Below, one piece after another: positions 42,900 through 51,787 of a stretch of 64,000 nt of DNA. Under the pieces are notes generated by a model. It had not been told where the DNA came from. It was given only the letters and a program-made list of their open reading frames with translations, and searched no databases. Source of the stretch: Nannocystis sp. (GTDB taxonomy: Bacteria > Myxococcota_A > Polyangia > Nannocystales > Nannocystaceae); assembly GCF_016717175.1 (NCBI RefSeq), contig NZ_JADKFZ010000003.1; one strand, given 5' to 3'. The translations under genes and the position numbers were made by a program. The first letter of the stretch is position 1; the number at the start of each line of letters is the position of its first letter.

Positions 42900-45809
42900 T
42901 TGAATCAGATCACCCAATTCGGCCCTTACAAGCTGATCGAGCGCATCAGCGTGGGTGGCATGGCAGAGGTGTACAAGGCCACAGAGCACGGCGTGGAGGG
43001 CTTCGAACGCACCGTCGCGGTCAAGCGGATCTTGCCCCACATCGCGGAGGATGACGAGTTCATCACGATGTTCAAGGACGAGGCCAAGATCGCCGGCCAG
43101 CTCCAGCACGGGAACATCGCCCAGATCTACAACCTCGGTCAGCAGGGCGACAGCTTCTACATCGCCCTCGAGTACGTCGCCGGCAAGGACCTGCGCAACA
43201 TCTTCACCCGCTGCCAGCAGCAGGGGCGCGCCATGCCGATCGCCCAGGCCTGCTTCATCGTGATGAAGGTCGGCGAGGGCCTCGACTACGCCCACAACAA
43301 GCGCGACAAGCACGGCCGCCACCTCAACATCGTCCACCGCGACGTGAGCCCGCCGAACGTGCTCGTGTCCTACGAGGGCGAGGTCAAGCTCATCGACTTC
43401 GGCGTCGCCAAGGCCGCCGGTCGCGTCAGCCGCACCCAGGCCGGCATCCTCAAGGGCAAGTTCGGCTACATGTCCCCGGAGCAGGTCCGCGGCATGCCGC
43501 TCGACCGCCGCAGCGACGTGTTCTCGCTCGGCGTCGTCCTCTTCGAGACCCTCGTCGGTCAGCGCCTGTTCCAGGGCGACACCGACTTCGCGACCCTCGA
43601 GATGGTGCGCACCGTCGACGTGCCCGCCCCGAGCAGCAAGAACCCGGAGATCCCCAAGGACCTCGAGGCCATCATCATGAAGGCCCTCTCCGGCGAGCCG
43701 GAGACCCGCTACCAGACGGCGATGGAGCTCCACGACGACCTCCAGGCCTTCATGTTCCAGCACGGCATGTTCTACAGCCGCAAGGACCTCGCCGCGTGGA
43801 TGCGCAAGCAGTACGCCCGCGAGATCGAGCTGGAGAAGGACAAGAACACCGGCAAGTCGGCGCCCCCGCGGCCCGCACCGCCGGGCGCCGCCGCTGGTCG
43901 CAAGCCCACGCTGAGCGGTGTGCCGGCCCCCAAGGCCGCGCCGCCCGCGGCCCCACCCACGCCCGCAGCCGGCGCCCCGCGCCCGCCGCCCGCGGTCAAG
44001 CCGCCGCCCGGCTCGCCCGGCCCCAAGCCGCCCGCCGTTGGTCTGCCCAAGCCCGGCGCCGGCGATGCCCTCGAGCCCACCGAAGAGCAGCTCGCCGCCG
44101 CCCGCAAGCGCAGCAAGACCATGCTCATGTCGCCGTCGAATCGGCCGACGACGCTCAAGCCCGGGGCAACCGGCGCCGTGCCGACGATCCCCGCTGGCCT
44201 CGCAGCGATGCCGAAGCCCGCCGATCCGCTCAAGCAGACGATCGTCCCCGGCGGCGCCCCGCCGCCCGCAGTCGTCGCGCCCAAGATCGCATCGGTGCCG
44301 CTGCACCCGCCGACGCAGGCGCCCCGGCCCACCGTCGCCCCGGTCGCCAAGGCTGCCCCGTCCAGCGAGGACGGCCCCGATCTCGACTGGGACGACGACG
44401 AGCTCGAGACCAAACTCTTCGACGAGCCCGGTGGCCCGGGTGCCCCCGGTGCCCCTGCCATGGCCGCCTCCGTGCCGAGCGCCGCGCGCAGCAAGGTCAA
44501 GCCCGAGGAGGCCGGTTCGATCGCGCCGCTCATCCCGAAGGTCGGGCAGATCGAGGCCGACGAGGACGATGGCCCAGCCACCGTGCAGCTGCCGCCCAAC
44601 GCGGCTGCCGTCATCATCCAGCCGCTCATGGCCGCTGCAGCCGCTGCAGCTGCGGCCGCTCAGTCGATGCCCGGCGGCTCGATGCCCGGCGGCTCGATGC
44701 CCGGCGGCGCCATGCCCGGCGCCTCGATGTCCGGCGGCGCCATGCCCTCCGCCCCCGGCTTCCCGCAGCAGTCGAGCCCCGGTCTGCCGCAGCCCCCGCG
44801 CCGCGGCCAGCAGACGATGCCCACGCCGGAGCTCGCCGACGTCGAGGACACAGAGACTGGCAAGCGCAAGCCCAACTTCCTGCTCATCGGCGGGATCGCG
44901 GCGGGTGTGCTCCTGCTGATCGTCGTCATCGCCATGTTCTCCGGCGGCGGCGACAAGCCCGGCGAGGTCGCCAGCAACGACTCCGGCACGCCAGCTGCGG
45001 CCAGCGGCGGGGCTGTGCCAGGGCCGACGGTCGGCGGCCTCCAGATCGAGGTCTCGCCCGCGGACGCCAAGATCCTGGTCGACGGCGCCGAGGTCCCCGG
45101 CAGCGGCTCCTCGCGCGTGGTCAACAACCTCGCGGTCGGCAAGCACAAGCTCACCGTCAACTTCGGCGACGCCTATCTCCCCTTCGAGCAGGAGGTCGAC
45201 GTCGTCGCCAGTCAGCTGGCCAACTTCCCGGTCAAGCTCAGCGTCCGCGACGTCACCGTCACGGTCACCACCGAGCCGGCAGAGGCCGCCCTCAAGCTCA
45301 TCGAGGGCCAGAACCCGCCGACCGTCGTCGGCAAGGGCGGCGACAGCTTCAAGGTCCAGCGCAAACCCGGCGCGACCTACAAGCTGCTCGCCGAGCTCGC
45401 CGGCTACGATCCCAGCGAGATCCCGCTCACCTTCACCGGTGGCCCCAACGACAGCGCCAAGCTCGTGCTCATCAAGAGCAAGGCCGGCACGCCGCCGACG
45501 CCACCCGAGACCACGCCGCCGATCCCGACCCCGCCCCCCGGCGAGGTCACGCCGCCCAAGCCCAAGGATCCGAAGCCCAAGCAGCCGCCGAAGGCCAAGA
45601 CCGCCGAGCTCAAGATCGGCTCGGGCCCCGGCCTCCCGCCCGCGACTGTGTGGGTCGACGGCCAGAAGCAGCCCAAGCCCACGCCAGTCACCGTGATGGT
45701 CACCGCCGGCGCCCACACGGTGAAGTGGAAGTATCCCGACGGCAAGACCACCACCAAGAAGGTCACCGCCGCGGACAAGTCGAGCCAGGTCATCAAGGGC
45801 ACCCTCTAA
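42900..45809 (+). CDS. Hanks-type Ser/Thr protein kinase with long Pro/Ala-rich linker, TM segment and C-terminal PEGA-like domains
   Basis: ORF 42900..45809 (TTG start). GGMAEVYKA, HRDVSPPN, DFG, SPE motifs. TM (FLLIGGIAAGVLLLIVVIAMF). LQIEVSPADAKILVDGAEV...GKHKLTV PEGA-like fold. Confidence 0.85.
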   Translation: MNQITQFGPYKLIERISVGGMAEVYKATEHGVEGFERTVAVKRILPHIAEDDEFITMFKDEAKIAGQLQHGNIAQIYNLGQQGDSFYIALEYVAGKDLRNIFTRCQQQGRAMPIAQACFIVMKVGEGLDYAHNKRDKHGRHLNIVHRDVSPPNVLVSYEGEVKLIDFGVAKAAGRVSRTQAGILKGKFGYMSPEQVRGMPLDRRSDVFSLGVVLFETLVGQRLFQGDTDFATLEMVRTVDVPAPSSKNPEIPKDLEAIIMKALSGEPETRYQTAMELHDDLQAFMFQHGMFYSRKDLAAWMRKQYAREIELEKDKNTGKSAPPRPAPPGAAAGRKPTLSGVPAPKAAPPAAPPTPAAGAPRPPPAVKPPPGSPGPKPPAVGLPKPGAGDALEPTEEQLAAARKRSKTMLMSPSNRPTTLKPGATGAVPTIPAGLAAMPKPADPLKQTIVPGGAPPPAVVAPKIASVPLHPPTQAPRPTVAPVAKAAPSSEDGPDLDWDDDELETKLFDEPGGPGAPGAPAMAASVPSAARSKVKPEEAGSIAPLIPKVGQIEADEDDGPATVQLPPNAAAVIIQPLMAAAAAAAAAAQSMPGGSMPGGSMPGGAMPGASMSGGAMPSAPGFPQQSSPGLPQPPRRGQQTMPTPELADVEDTETGKRKPNFLLIGGIAAGVLLLIVVIAMFSGGGDKPGEVASNDSGTPAAASGGAVPGPTVGGLQIEVSPADAKILVDGAEVPGSGSSRVVNNLAVGKHKLTVNFGDAYLPFEQEVDVVASQLANFPVKLSVRDVTVTVTTEPAEAALKLIEGQNPPTVVGKGGDSFKVQRKPGATYKLLAELAGYDPSEIPLTFTGGPNDSAKLVLIKSKAGTPPTPPETTPPIPTPPPGEVTPPKPKDPKPKQPPKAKTAELKIGSGPGLPPATVWVDGQKQPKPTPVTVMVTAGAHTVKWKYPDGKTTTKKVTAADKSSQVIKGTL

Positions 45810-45894
45810 GGTCCCCGCTTCAGGCTTGGGCTTCGGGCCCCGCTCGTCGGGCTCGCGCTTGAACAAAGCTCGGGGACAGGGTAATCCGCCCGCC

Positions 45895-46413
45895 ATGAGC
45901 GAGCGGCCGCAGATCTTCGAGGGCACGCTGGACGCGACCGGGCTCCGCTTCGCGATCGTCGTCAGCCGCTTCAACAACTTCATCACCGACCGCCTGCTCG
46001 ACGGCGCCATCGACACGCTGCTCCGCTCCGGCGCCAGCGTCGGCGACATCCTCGTCGTCAAGGTCCCCGGCGCCTTCGAGATCCCCAGCGCCGTCACCCA
46101 GGTGCTCGGCGCCCGCAGCGTCGACGCCGTCATCACGCTCGGCTGCCTGATCAAGGGCGACACGATCCACTTCGACCTCATCGCCCAGGAGGTCACGCGA
46201 GCGATCGGCCAGCTCGCGCTCGCCTTCGAGGTCCCGATCAGCTTCGGCGTCCTCACCACCGACACCCTCGAGCAGGCGATCCACCGCGCCGGCGCCAAGG
46301 CGGGCAACAAGGGCGGAGAGGCGGCCCTCGCGGCGATCGAGCAGGTGCGCCTGTTCCGGGCCCTCGCCGCCGGCGCACAGGGGCAGGGCGAGGCCAGCGA
46401 TGCTACCGGTTGA
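45895..46413 (+). CDS. ribH: 6,7-dimethyl-8-ribityllumazine synthase
   Basis: Internal ATG of ORF 45826..46413. GLRFAIVVSRFN and GAFEIP motifs of RibH. Confidence 0.85.
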   Translation: MSERPQIFEGTLDATGLRFAIVVSRFNNFITDRLLDGAIDTLLRSGASVGDILVVKVPGAFEIPSAVTQVLGARSVDAVITLGCLIKGDTIHFDLIAQEVTRAIGQLALAFEVPISFGVLTTDTLEQAIHRAGAKAGNKGGEAALAAIEQVRLFRALAAGAQGQGEASDATG

Positions 46414-46903
46414 CGACTCGCCGGCGGCGCGTGGCCGCAGCCGGGCCGGCCGCGCCGAGGGCCGCGAGCTCGCGCTGCTCGCCCTCTGCCACCTCGAGTC
46501 CTACCGCGAGCCCGAGCGCGCCCAGGCCCTCGACATCTTCTGGACCCACGCCCCCAGCGAGGCCGGCGACGACGGCGCCGAGCTGCGCAGCTGGCTGAGG
46601 GACCCCGAGGCCACGGCCTTCGCCCGCCGTCTGCTCGCCGCTGCCCTCGAACGCGGCCCCGAGATCGACGCCGCGATCGAGGCCACCTCCCGCAGCTGGC
46701 GGCTCGCCCGGATGGACCGCGTCGACCGCAACCTCCTGCGCCTCGTCGGCGTCGAGATGCTCGCCATCGAGGACACGCCGCGCGCCGTGATCGTCGCCGA
46801 GGCTGTCCGCCTCGCCGCCCGCTATGGCAGCGATCGCAGCGCCCCCTTCGTCAACGGCGTCGCCGAGGCGCTGGCCAAGCGCCTGCGTCCGACTGGCAAG
46901 TAG
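46400..46903 (+). CDS. nusB: Transcription antitermination factor NusB
   Basis: ORF 46400..46903. Overlaps ribH (classic ribH-nusB pair). RELALLALCHLE... NusB fold motifs. Confidence 0.8.
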   Translation: MLPVDDSPAARGRSRAGRAEGRELALLALCHLESYREPERAQALDIFWTHAPSEAGDDGAELRSWLRDPEATAFARRLLAAALERGPEIDAAIEATSRSWRLARMDRVDRNLLRLVGVEMLAIEDTPRAVIVAEAVRLAARYGSDRSAPFVNGVAEALAKRLRPTGK

Positions 46904-46920
46904 CCTGTCCCTTGAGACAG
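46904..46920. promoter_or_regulatory. Palindrome cctgtccc-ttg-agacag immediately after the nusB stop
   Basis: One of three near-identical CTGTCCC-N2-3-GGGACAG inverted repeats placed right after + strand stop codons. Confidence 0.35.
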
Positions 46921-47033
46921 CCGTGCGGGCGTTCACGCCCCCGCGGAGATCCCGCGCGTGGCGTGCTACGCCCTCCAGGCGGCCCTCCAGCGGCCGCCCC
47001 GGGCGTCCAACGACCGGCGTATACTGCCCGGCG

Positions 47034-47429
47034 ATGTCGATCCGGGTACTTCTCGTCGAGGACTCCCCCGCCATGCGCAGCTTCGTGGGCTCCGTGCTCG
47101 AGTCGGCCGGCGAGTACCACGTCGACGAGGTCAAGGACGGCTTCGACGCCCTGCGGGTGATGCCGCGAACCGACTACGACCTCGTGATCACGGACATCAA
47201 CATGCCGGACATCAACGGCCTCGAGCTCATCCGCGCCGTCCGTCAGCAGCCGCGCCACGTCCACACCCCACTCATCGTCATCACCACCAACGACCGCGCG
47301 CAAGACGTCGAGCGCGCCCTGAAGCTCGGCGCCTCCGCGGTGCTCACCAAGCCCTTCACGCCCGAGGCGCTGCTCGACACCGTCGCTCGCCTGTGCAAGA
47401 CGGCCCGCGGCCCAGGAGGCGGCGGTTGA
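47034..47429 (+). CDS. cheY: CheY-like single-domain response regulator
   Basis: Internal ATG of ORF 46824..47429. VLLVEDS...DLVITDINMPDINGLEL...K receiver motifs. Confidence 0.85.
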   Translation: MSIRVLLVEDSPAMRSFVGSVLESAGEYHVDEVKDGFDALRVMPRTDYDLVITDINMPDINGLELIRAVRQQPRHVHTPLIVITTNDRAQDVERALKLGASAVLTKPFTPEALLDTVARLCKTARGPGGGG

Positions 47430-49849
47430 GCAGCGTCGACCAGAACGCCTCCGAGTTCATCGCCGAGGCGCAGGAGGTCATCGAGACCTTCTCGCGCACG
47501 CTGCTCGAGCTCGAGGCCCAGTCGCGCACCGGCTCCACCGACCCGGACCTCCTCAACGCCGCGTTCCGGGCGATCCACAGCCTCAAGGGCCTCGCCGGCC
47601 TGTTCGGCGCCGCCGCGATCGGCGGCCTCAGCCACACCCTCGAGAGCACCCTCGACAGCCTCCGCCTCGGCAAGCTCGGCCTCGGCCGCGTCGTGCTCGA
47701 CGTCCTGTTCGAGGCGATCGAGATGTTCGGTCGCCTGCTCACCCCGCGCGACGAGACCGACGAGCCCGAGCCCGACATCGAGCCGATCCTCGCCCGCCTG
47801 CGCGCCCTCACCGAGCAGGAGGCCCCGGAGCTGCCGCAGGACAACCTCGAGTGGGTCGGCGAGGCGATCCTCAGCGTGCTCACCGAGTACGAGGAGCACC
47901 GCCTGCGGGAGAACATCCGCTCCGGCCGCGGCCTGTTCCGCGTCCACGCGAAGTTCGACATCCTCGCCATCGACGTCGGCATCGAGCAGCTCAAGGACAA
48001 GATGAAGCTCTACGGGGAGGTCATCACCTACCTCCCCAGCGCCGACGGATCGTCCGACGACGCGATCGAGCTCGACATCCTGCTCGGCTCCAAGAGCAGC
48101 CTCGCCGAGCTGTCCTCCGCCCTCGCCGTCGGCGACGTCACCGTCCACCGCCTCGCCGCCGCCGAGGCCAGCTCCGTCATCACCCCCGCGCCCGCACACA
48201 AGCCGGCGAGCCCCGCCCCGGCGAGCCCCGCCCCGGCGAGCCCCGCCCCGGGCCGGGCCGCCGCTCCCCCGCCGACCCGGACCGCCGCCGCCTCGGCGCC
48301 ACCGCCCCGGCCCGCCGCCGCCCCGCCGCAGACACCCGCGCGCCGCGACCCCGAGCCCGCGCCAGCCCCCGCGCGCGCCCCCGTCGCCCGCGGCCCCGTC
48401 ACGCCCGCACCGTCTCGCCGCGAGCCCGCGCCCGTGCCGCTCGGCGACGACGCCCCGGTCGAGGCCGCCAGCTCCGAGACCAGCCTGCGCAGCCTCAGCC
48501 AGACGGTCCGCGTCGACCTCCGTCGCCTCGACCTCCTGATGAACCTCGTCGGCGAGCTCGGCCTCGTCCAGAACAACCTCGCCGGCGTGCTCGAGTCCGT
48601 GCGCCAGCTCGACCACAGCGCCGACGTCTCGCGCGAGCTCTCGGTCCAGATCCGCGACATGACCCGCAAGCTCGCGCTGCTGCAGCAGGGCATCCTCGAC
48701 GTCCGCATGGTCCCGATCGGCCAGGTCTTCGACAAGCTGGCCCGCGTCGTCCGCAAGCTCAGCCGCGACCTCGACAAGGAGATCCGCCTCGTCATCTCCG
48801 GCGCCGAGACCGTGCTCGACAAGCTCATCGTCGAGGAGCTCAGCGATCCGCTGATGCACATGATCCGCAACTGCATCGACCACGGCATCGAGCCGGCGGG
48901 CGAGCGGGCCCGCCTCGGCAAGCAGCCGGCCGGACGCATCGAGCTGCGCGCCTTCCAGAAGGGCAACCGCGTCGTCATCGAGGTCGAGGACGACGGCGGC
49001 GGCATCGACTGGCTGCGCATCCGCGACATGGGCGTGCGCCGCGGCCTCGTCAGCGCCGAGGAGGCCGTCTCCATGACCCCCTCCGAGGCGATCAACCTGA
49101 TCTTCTCCCCCGGCTTCTCGATCCGCGAGCACGCCACCGAGGTCAGCGGCCGCGGCGTCGGCATGGACATCGTCAAGACCAACATCGCCAAGCTCAGCGG
49201 CATGATCGACGTCACCACCGAGGTCGGCCGCGGCACCAAGTTCGCGATCACGCTGCCCGTCACCCTGGCGATCATCCAGGCGCTCGTCATCCAGAGCGCC
49301 GGCCACACCTTCTGCATCCCGCTCAACTCGGTGCTCGAGTCGATCATGGTCGAGGTCCGCGAGATCAGCACCATCGAGGGCCACGAGGTCATCATCCTCA
49401 ACAAGCGGACCCTGCCGCTGCTCTACCTCTCGCGCCTGTTCGCCCTGCGCCCGCTGTCCCGCACCTACCGCGATCCCAACCGCGTCTACGTCGTGGTCGT
49501 CGGGCTCGCGCAGCACCGCGTCGGCCTCGTCGTCGACGAGCTGCTCGGCCAGCAAGACGTCGTCATCAAGCCGCTCGGCAGCGCCGTGCGCAACGTCCCC
49601 GGCATCGCCGGCGCCACCGAGCTCGGGGCCAACCGCACGGTCCTGCTCCTCGACGTCGGCCGCCTCGTCGACGAGGGCGTGCGCCAGGCCGACGCGGCCA
49701 TCTCCATCGGTGGCTCGCTCGGTGGCTCGCTCGGCGGCTCGGGGGGCGGCAACCTCGGCGGCGCGAGCGTGGGCGGCAACTCCGGCTTCGGCGGCCTGTC
49801 CGGCGGCACCCAGTCCTCGCATCTCGGAGGTACGACGCATGTCCGTTGA
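47426..49849 (+). CDS. cheA: Chemotaxis histidine kinase CheA (HPt - Pro-rich linker - dimerisation - HATPase - CheW-like; no receiver)
   Basis: In ORF 46958..49849 from a TTG at 47426 overlapping the cheY TGA (TTGA). HPt motif AFRAIHSLKG, HATPase (DDGGGID, GRGVGMD), C-terminal CheW-like domain. Confidence 0.8.
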   Translation: MSSVDQNASEFIAEAQEVIETFSRTLLELEAQSRTGSTDPDLLNAAFRAIHSLKGLAGLFGAAAIGGLSHTLESTLDSLRLGKLGLGRVVLDVLFEAIEMFGRLLTPRDETDEPEPDIEPILARLRALTEQEAPELPQDNLEWVGEAILSVLTEYEEHRLRENIRSGRGLFRVHAKFDILAIDVGIEQLKDKMKLYGEVITYLPSADGSSDDAIELDILLGSKSSLAELSSALAVGDVTVHRLAAAEASSVITPAPAHKPASPAPASPAPASPAPGRAAAPPPTRTAAASAPPPRPAAAPPQTPARRDPEPAPAPARAPVARGPVTPAPSRREPAPVPLGDDAPVEAASSETSLRSLSQTVRVDLRRLDLLMNLVGELGLVQNNLAGVLESVRQLDHSADVSRELSVQIRDMTRKLALLQQGILDVRMVPIGQVFDKLARVVRKLSRDLDKEIRLVISGAETVLDKLIVEELSDPLMHMIRNCIDHGIEPAGERARLGKQPAGRIELRAFQKGNRVVIEVEDDGGGIDWLRIRDMGVRRGLVSAEEAVSMTPSEAINLIFSPGFSIREHATEVSGRGVGMDIVKTNIAKLSGMIDVTTEVGRGTKFAITLPVTLAIIQALVIQSAGHTFCIPLNSVLESIMVEVREISTIEGHEVIILNKRTLPLLYLSRLFALRPLSRTYRDPNRVYVVVVGLAQHRVGLVVDELLGQQDVVIKPLGSAVRNVPGIAGATELGANRTVLLLDVGRLVDEGVRQADAAISIGGSLGGSLGGSGGGNLGGASVGGNSGFGGLSGGTQSSHLGGTTHVR

Positions 49850-50480
49850 GCGCGAGGACATGTGGCAGGCGCTGCTGCGCAGCGGCGAGACCCTCGCCAC
49901 CGACGAGGACTACGAGCACGGCTACAAGCGCGAGGTCCCGCAGGACCTCCAGCAGTACGTCAGCTTCCGCGTCAGCGGCGAGATCTATGGCCTGCCGATC
50001 CACGAGATCGAGGAGATCAGCAAGGTCTTCGGCACCACCCACGTGCCGCGCACCGCCGATTTCCTGGTCGGCATCGGCAACGTCCGCGGCCGCATCATGC
50101 CGGTCATCGACCTCGCCCGCCGCCTGCGCCTGCGCCCGGTCGAGCGCGGTCGCACCGCCCGCGTCCTCATCGTCAACCTCAACGACGAGTCCTACGGCCT
50201 CGTCGTCGACGCCGTCATCGACGTCATCCGCATCCCCCCCGAGAAGATCGAGGAGAAGCCCGGCGGCATCACGGGCCCGCGCGCCGAGTACATCCGCGGC
50301 CTCGGCCGCCGCAAGGGCGCGGTCACCGTCGCCAAGGGCGCCGACGTCAAGGACCGCGGCGTGGTCGAGGACATCGTCATCATCCTCAACCTCACCACCC
50401 TCCTCGACCCCAAGGACTTCATCCGCACGGGTCCGGCCGTAGGTGGGCCGTCGGGCGGCGGCGAGGAGGGCAGGGGATGA
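49839..50480 (+). CDS. cheW: CheW-like coupling protein 1
   Basis: ATG at 49839 (overlaps cheA by 11 nt) in ORF 49710..50480. SGEIYGLPIHEIEEI...VGIGNVRGRIMPVIDL CheW fold. Confidence 0.8.
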   Translation: MSVEREDMWQALLRSGETLATDEDYEHGYKREVPQDLQQYVSFRVSGEIYGLPIHEIEEISKVFGTTHVPRTADFLVGIGNVRGRIMPVIDLARRLRLRPVERGRTARVLIVNLNDESYGLVVDAVIDVIRIPPEKIEEKPGGITGPRAEYIRGLGRRKGAVTVAKGADVKDRGVVEDIVIILNLTTLLDPKDFIRTGPAVGGPSGGGEEGRG

Positions 50481-50992
50481 GCGACCAGGAGCGTCTCGCT
50501 GGCGCCGAGGAGGACCTGAAGCTGGCCGGCTTCTACGTCGGCCAGGGCCTCTACGGCATCGAGATCATGCGCATCAAGGAGGTCATCCAGACCCGCAACC
50601 TCACCGTGCGCCCGGTGCCCTTCGCCCCCGCGATCGTCGAGGGCGTGATCCAGCTGCGCGGCGTCGTCATCCCGGTCGTCGACCTCCGCCGCCGCTTCGA
50701 CAGCACCATCGACCCCGCGATCGAGCACCTCAACAAGCTCATCATCGTCAGCGTCGCGGGCCGCATCGCCGGCCTCAAGGTCGACCGCGTGCTCGGCGAG
50801 CTGCGCGTGGCCGCCGGCGGCCTGCGCCCGGCCCCGTCCATGCTCCGGGCCGACGGCGAGCGCAGCAGCGGCAGCGACAACGTGTTCAGCGGCGTCAGCC
50901 GGATCTCCCGCGACCGCTCCGATGCCGAGATGGTGTTCGTGATCAACCTCGACGTGCTCCTCCGCGGCGGCCAGCCCGGCGGGGGGCGGTAG
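50477..50992 (+). CDS. cheW: CheW-like coupling protein 2
   Basis: ATG at 50477 overlapping the previous stop (ATGA). GQGLYGIEIMRIKEVIQ...IQLRGVVIPVVDL. Confidence 0.75.
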   Translation: MSDQERLAGAEEDLKLAGFYVGQGLYGIEIMRIKEVIQTRNLTVRPVPFAPAIVEGVIQLRGVVIPVVDLRRRFDSTIDPAIEHLNKLIIVSVAGRIAGLKVDRVLGELRVAAGGLRPAPSMLRADGERSSGSDNVFSGVSRISRDRSDAEMVFVINLDVLLRGGQPGGGR

Positions 50993-51001
50993 GCCCAGGG
51001 G

Positions 51002-51787
51002 ATGGAGAAGTACAAGATCCTGGTCGCCCACGAGCGCCCCGTCATCGCCCGCGCGATCGCCAGGGTGCTCGCCGCGCAGGGCCTCGTCGCCGAGGTCGCC
51101 CGCGACGGCGACGCGGTCTGGCGCGCCCTCGAGAGCGACAGCTGGGACGGCCTCCTCCTCGACGTCGCCCTGCCCGGACCGCCGGTGCACCAGATCGTCG
51201 CCCTCGCCAAGACCGGCGTCCCCCTGGCCCTGCGCGCGGTCATCCTCCTCGCCTCCGTGTTCCGTCGCTCGAGCTACAAGCGCCGCCCGCAGCAGCTCTA
51301 CGGCGCGGACAGCTACGTCGAGGGCCACCAGCTCGGCGCCGAGTTGTCGACCAAGCTGTGGCGCCTGCTCTCCCCCGACCCCGCCGGCCCCGGTGACATG
51401 GTCGAGGCCGAGGCGCTGCTCGTCGAGCTGCAGGCCGAGGCCGAGGCCGCCGCCGCCGCCGAGGTCGCCGAGGCCGCCACCGCAGCCACCGGCGCTACCG
51501 TTCAGCGCCCCCGCGATCCCGCCGCCGAGCTCGCCGATCTGCTCGTCGCCGACCTCCTGCTCCATGCCGGCGAGAAGCTCAGCGACGCCGACGCCGACGC
51601 GGCTGACCCCCCGCGCGCGAGCGACATCGCGGTCGTCCACGAGGTCCTCGCCGACGAGCTCGCCCAGGCGCGCGAGCTCCACAGCGCCGCCCTCGGCCCC
51701 GCGACGGCCGACGCCGACCCGATCGCCGCGGCCCTCGACCGCTTCCTGCGTCCGTCCGCGGACGAGCGAGGCGGCGCGTGGACCTGA
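51002..51787 (+). CDS. Degenerate receiver-like (pseudo-receiver) protein with acidic Ala-rich tail
   Basis: ORF 51002..51787. KILVAHERP...LLLDVALPG has the receiver topology but lacks the N-terminal acidic pair. Confidence 0.55.
   Translation: MEKYKILVAHERPVIARAIARVLAAQGLVAEVARDGDAVWRALESDSWDGLLLDVALPGPPVHQIVALAKTGVPLALRAVILLASVFRRSSYKRRPQQLYGADSYVEGHQLGAELSTKLWRLLSPDPAGPGDMVEAEALLVELQAEAEAAAAAEVAEAATAATGATVQRPRDPAAELADLLVADLLLHAGEKLSDADADAADPPRASDIAVVHEVLADELAQARELHSAALGPATADADPIAAALDRFLRPSADERGGAWT

Noticed and set aside
42867-46310. 1147-aa minus-strand ORF antisense to the PEGA kinase and ribH
   Set aside because: Low-complexity Arg/Gly composition. The real + strand genes have clear kinase and RibH motifs.
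47243-49900. 885-aa minus-strand ORF and the 47851..50442 / 49862..50992 plus-strand Arg-rich ORFs across cheA and cheW
   Set aside because: Off-frame or antisense translations. The in-frame CheA and CheW reading frames carry HPt, HATPase and CheW signatures.
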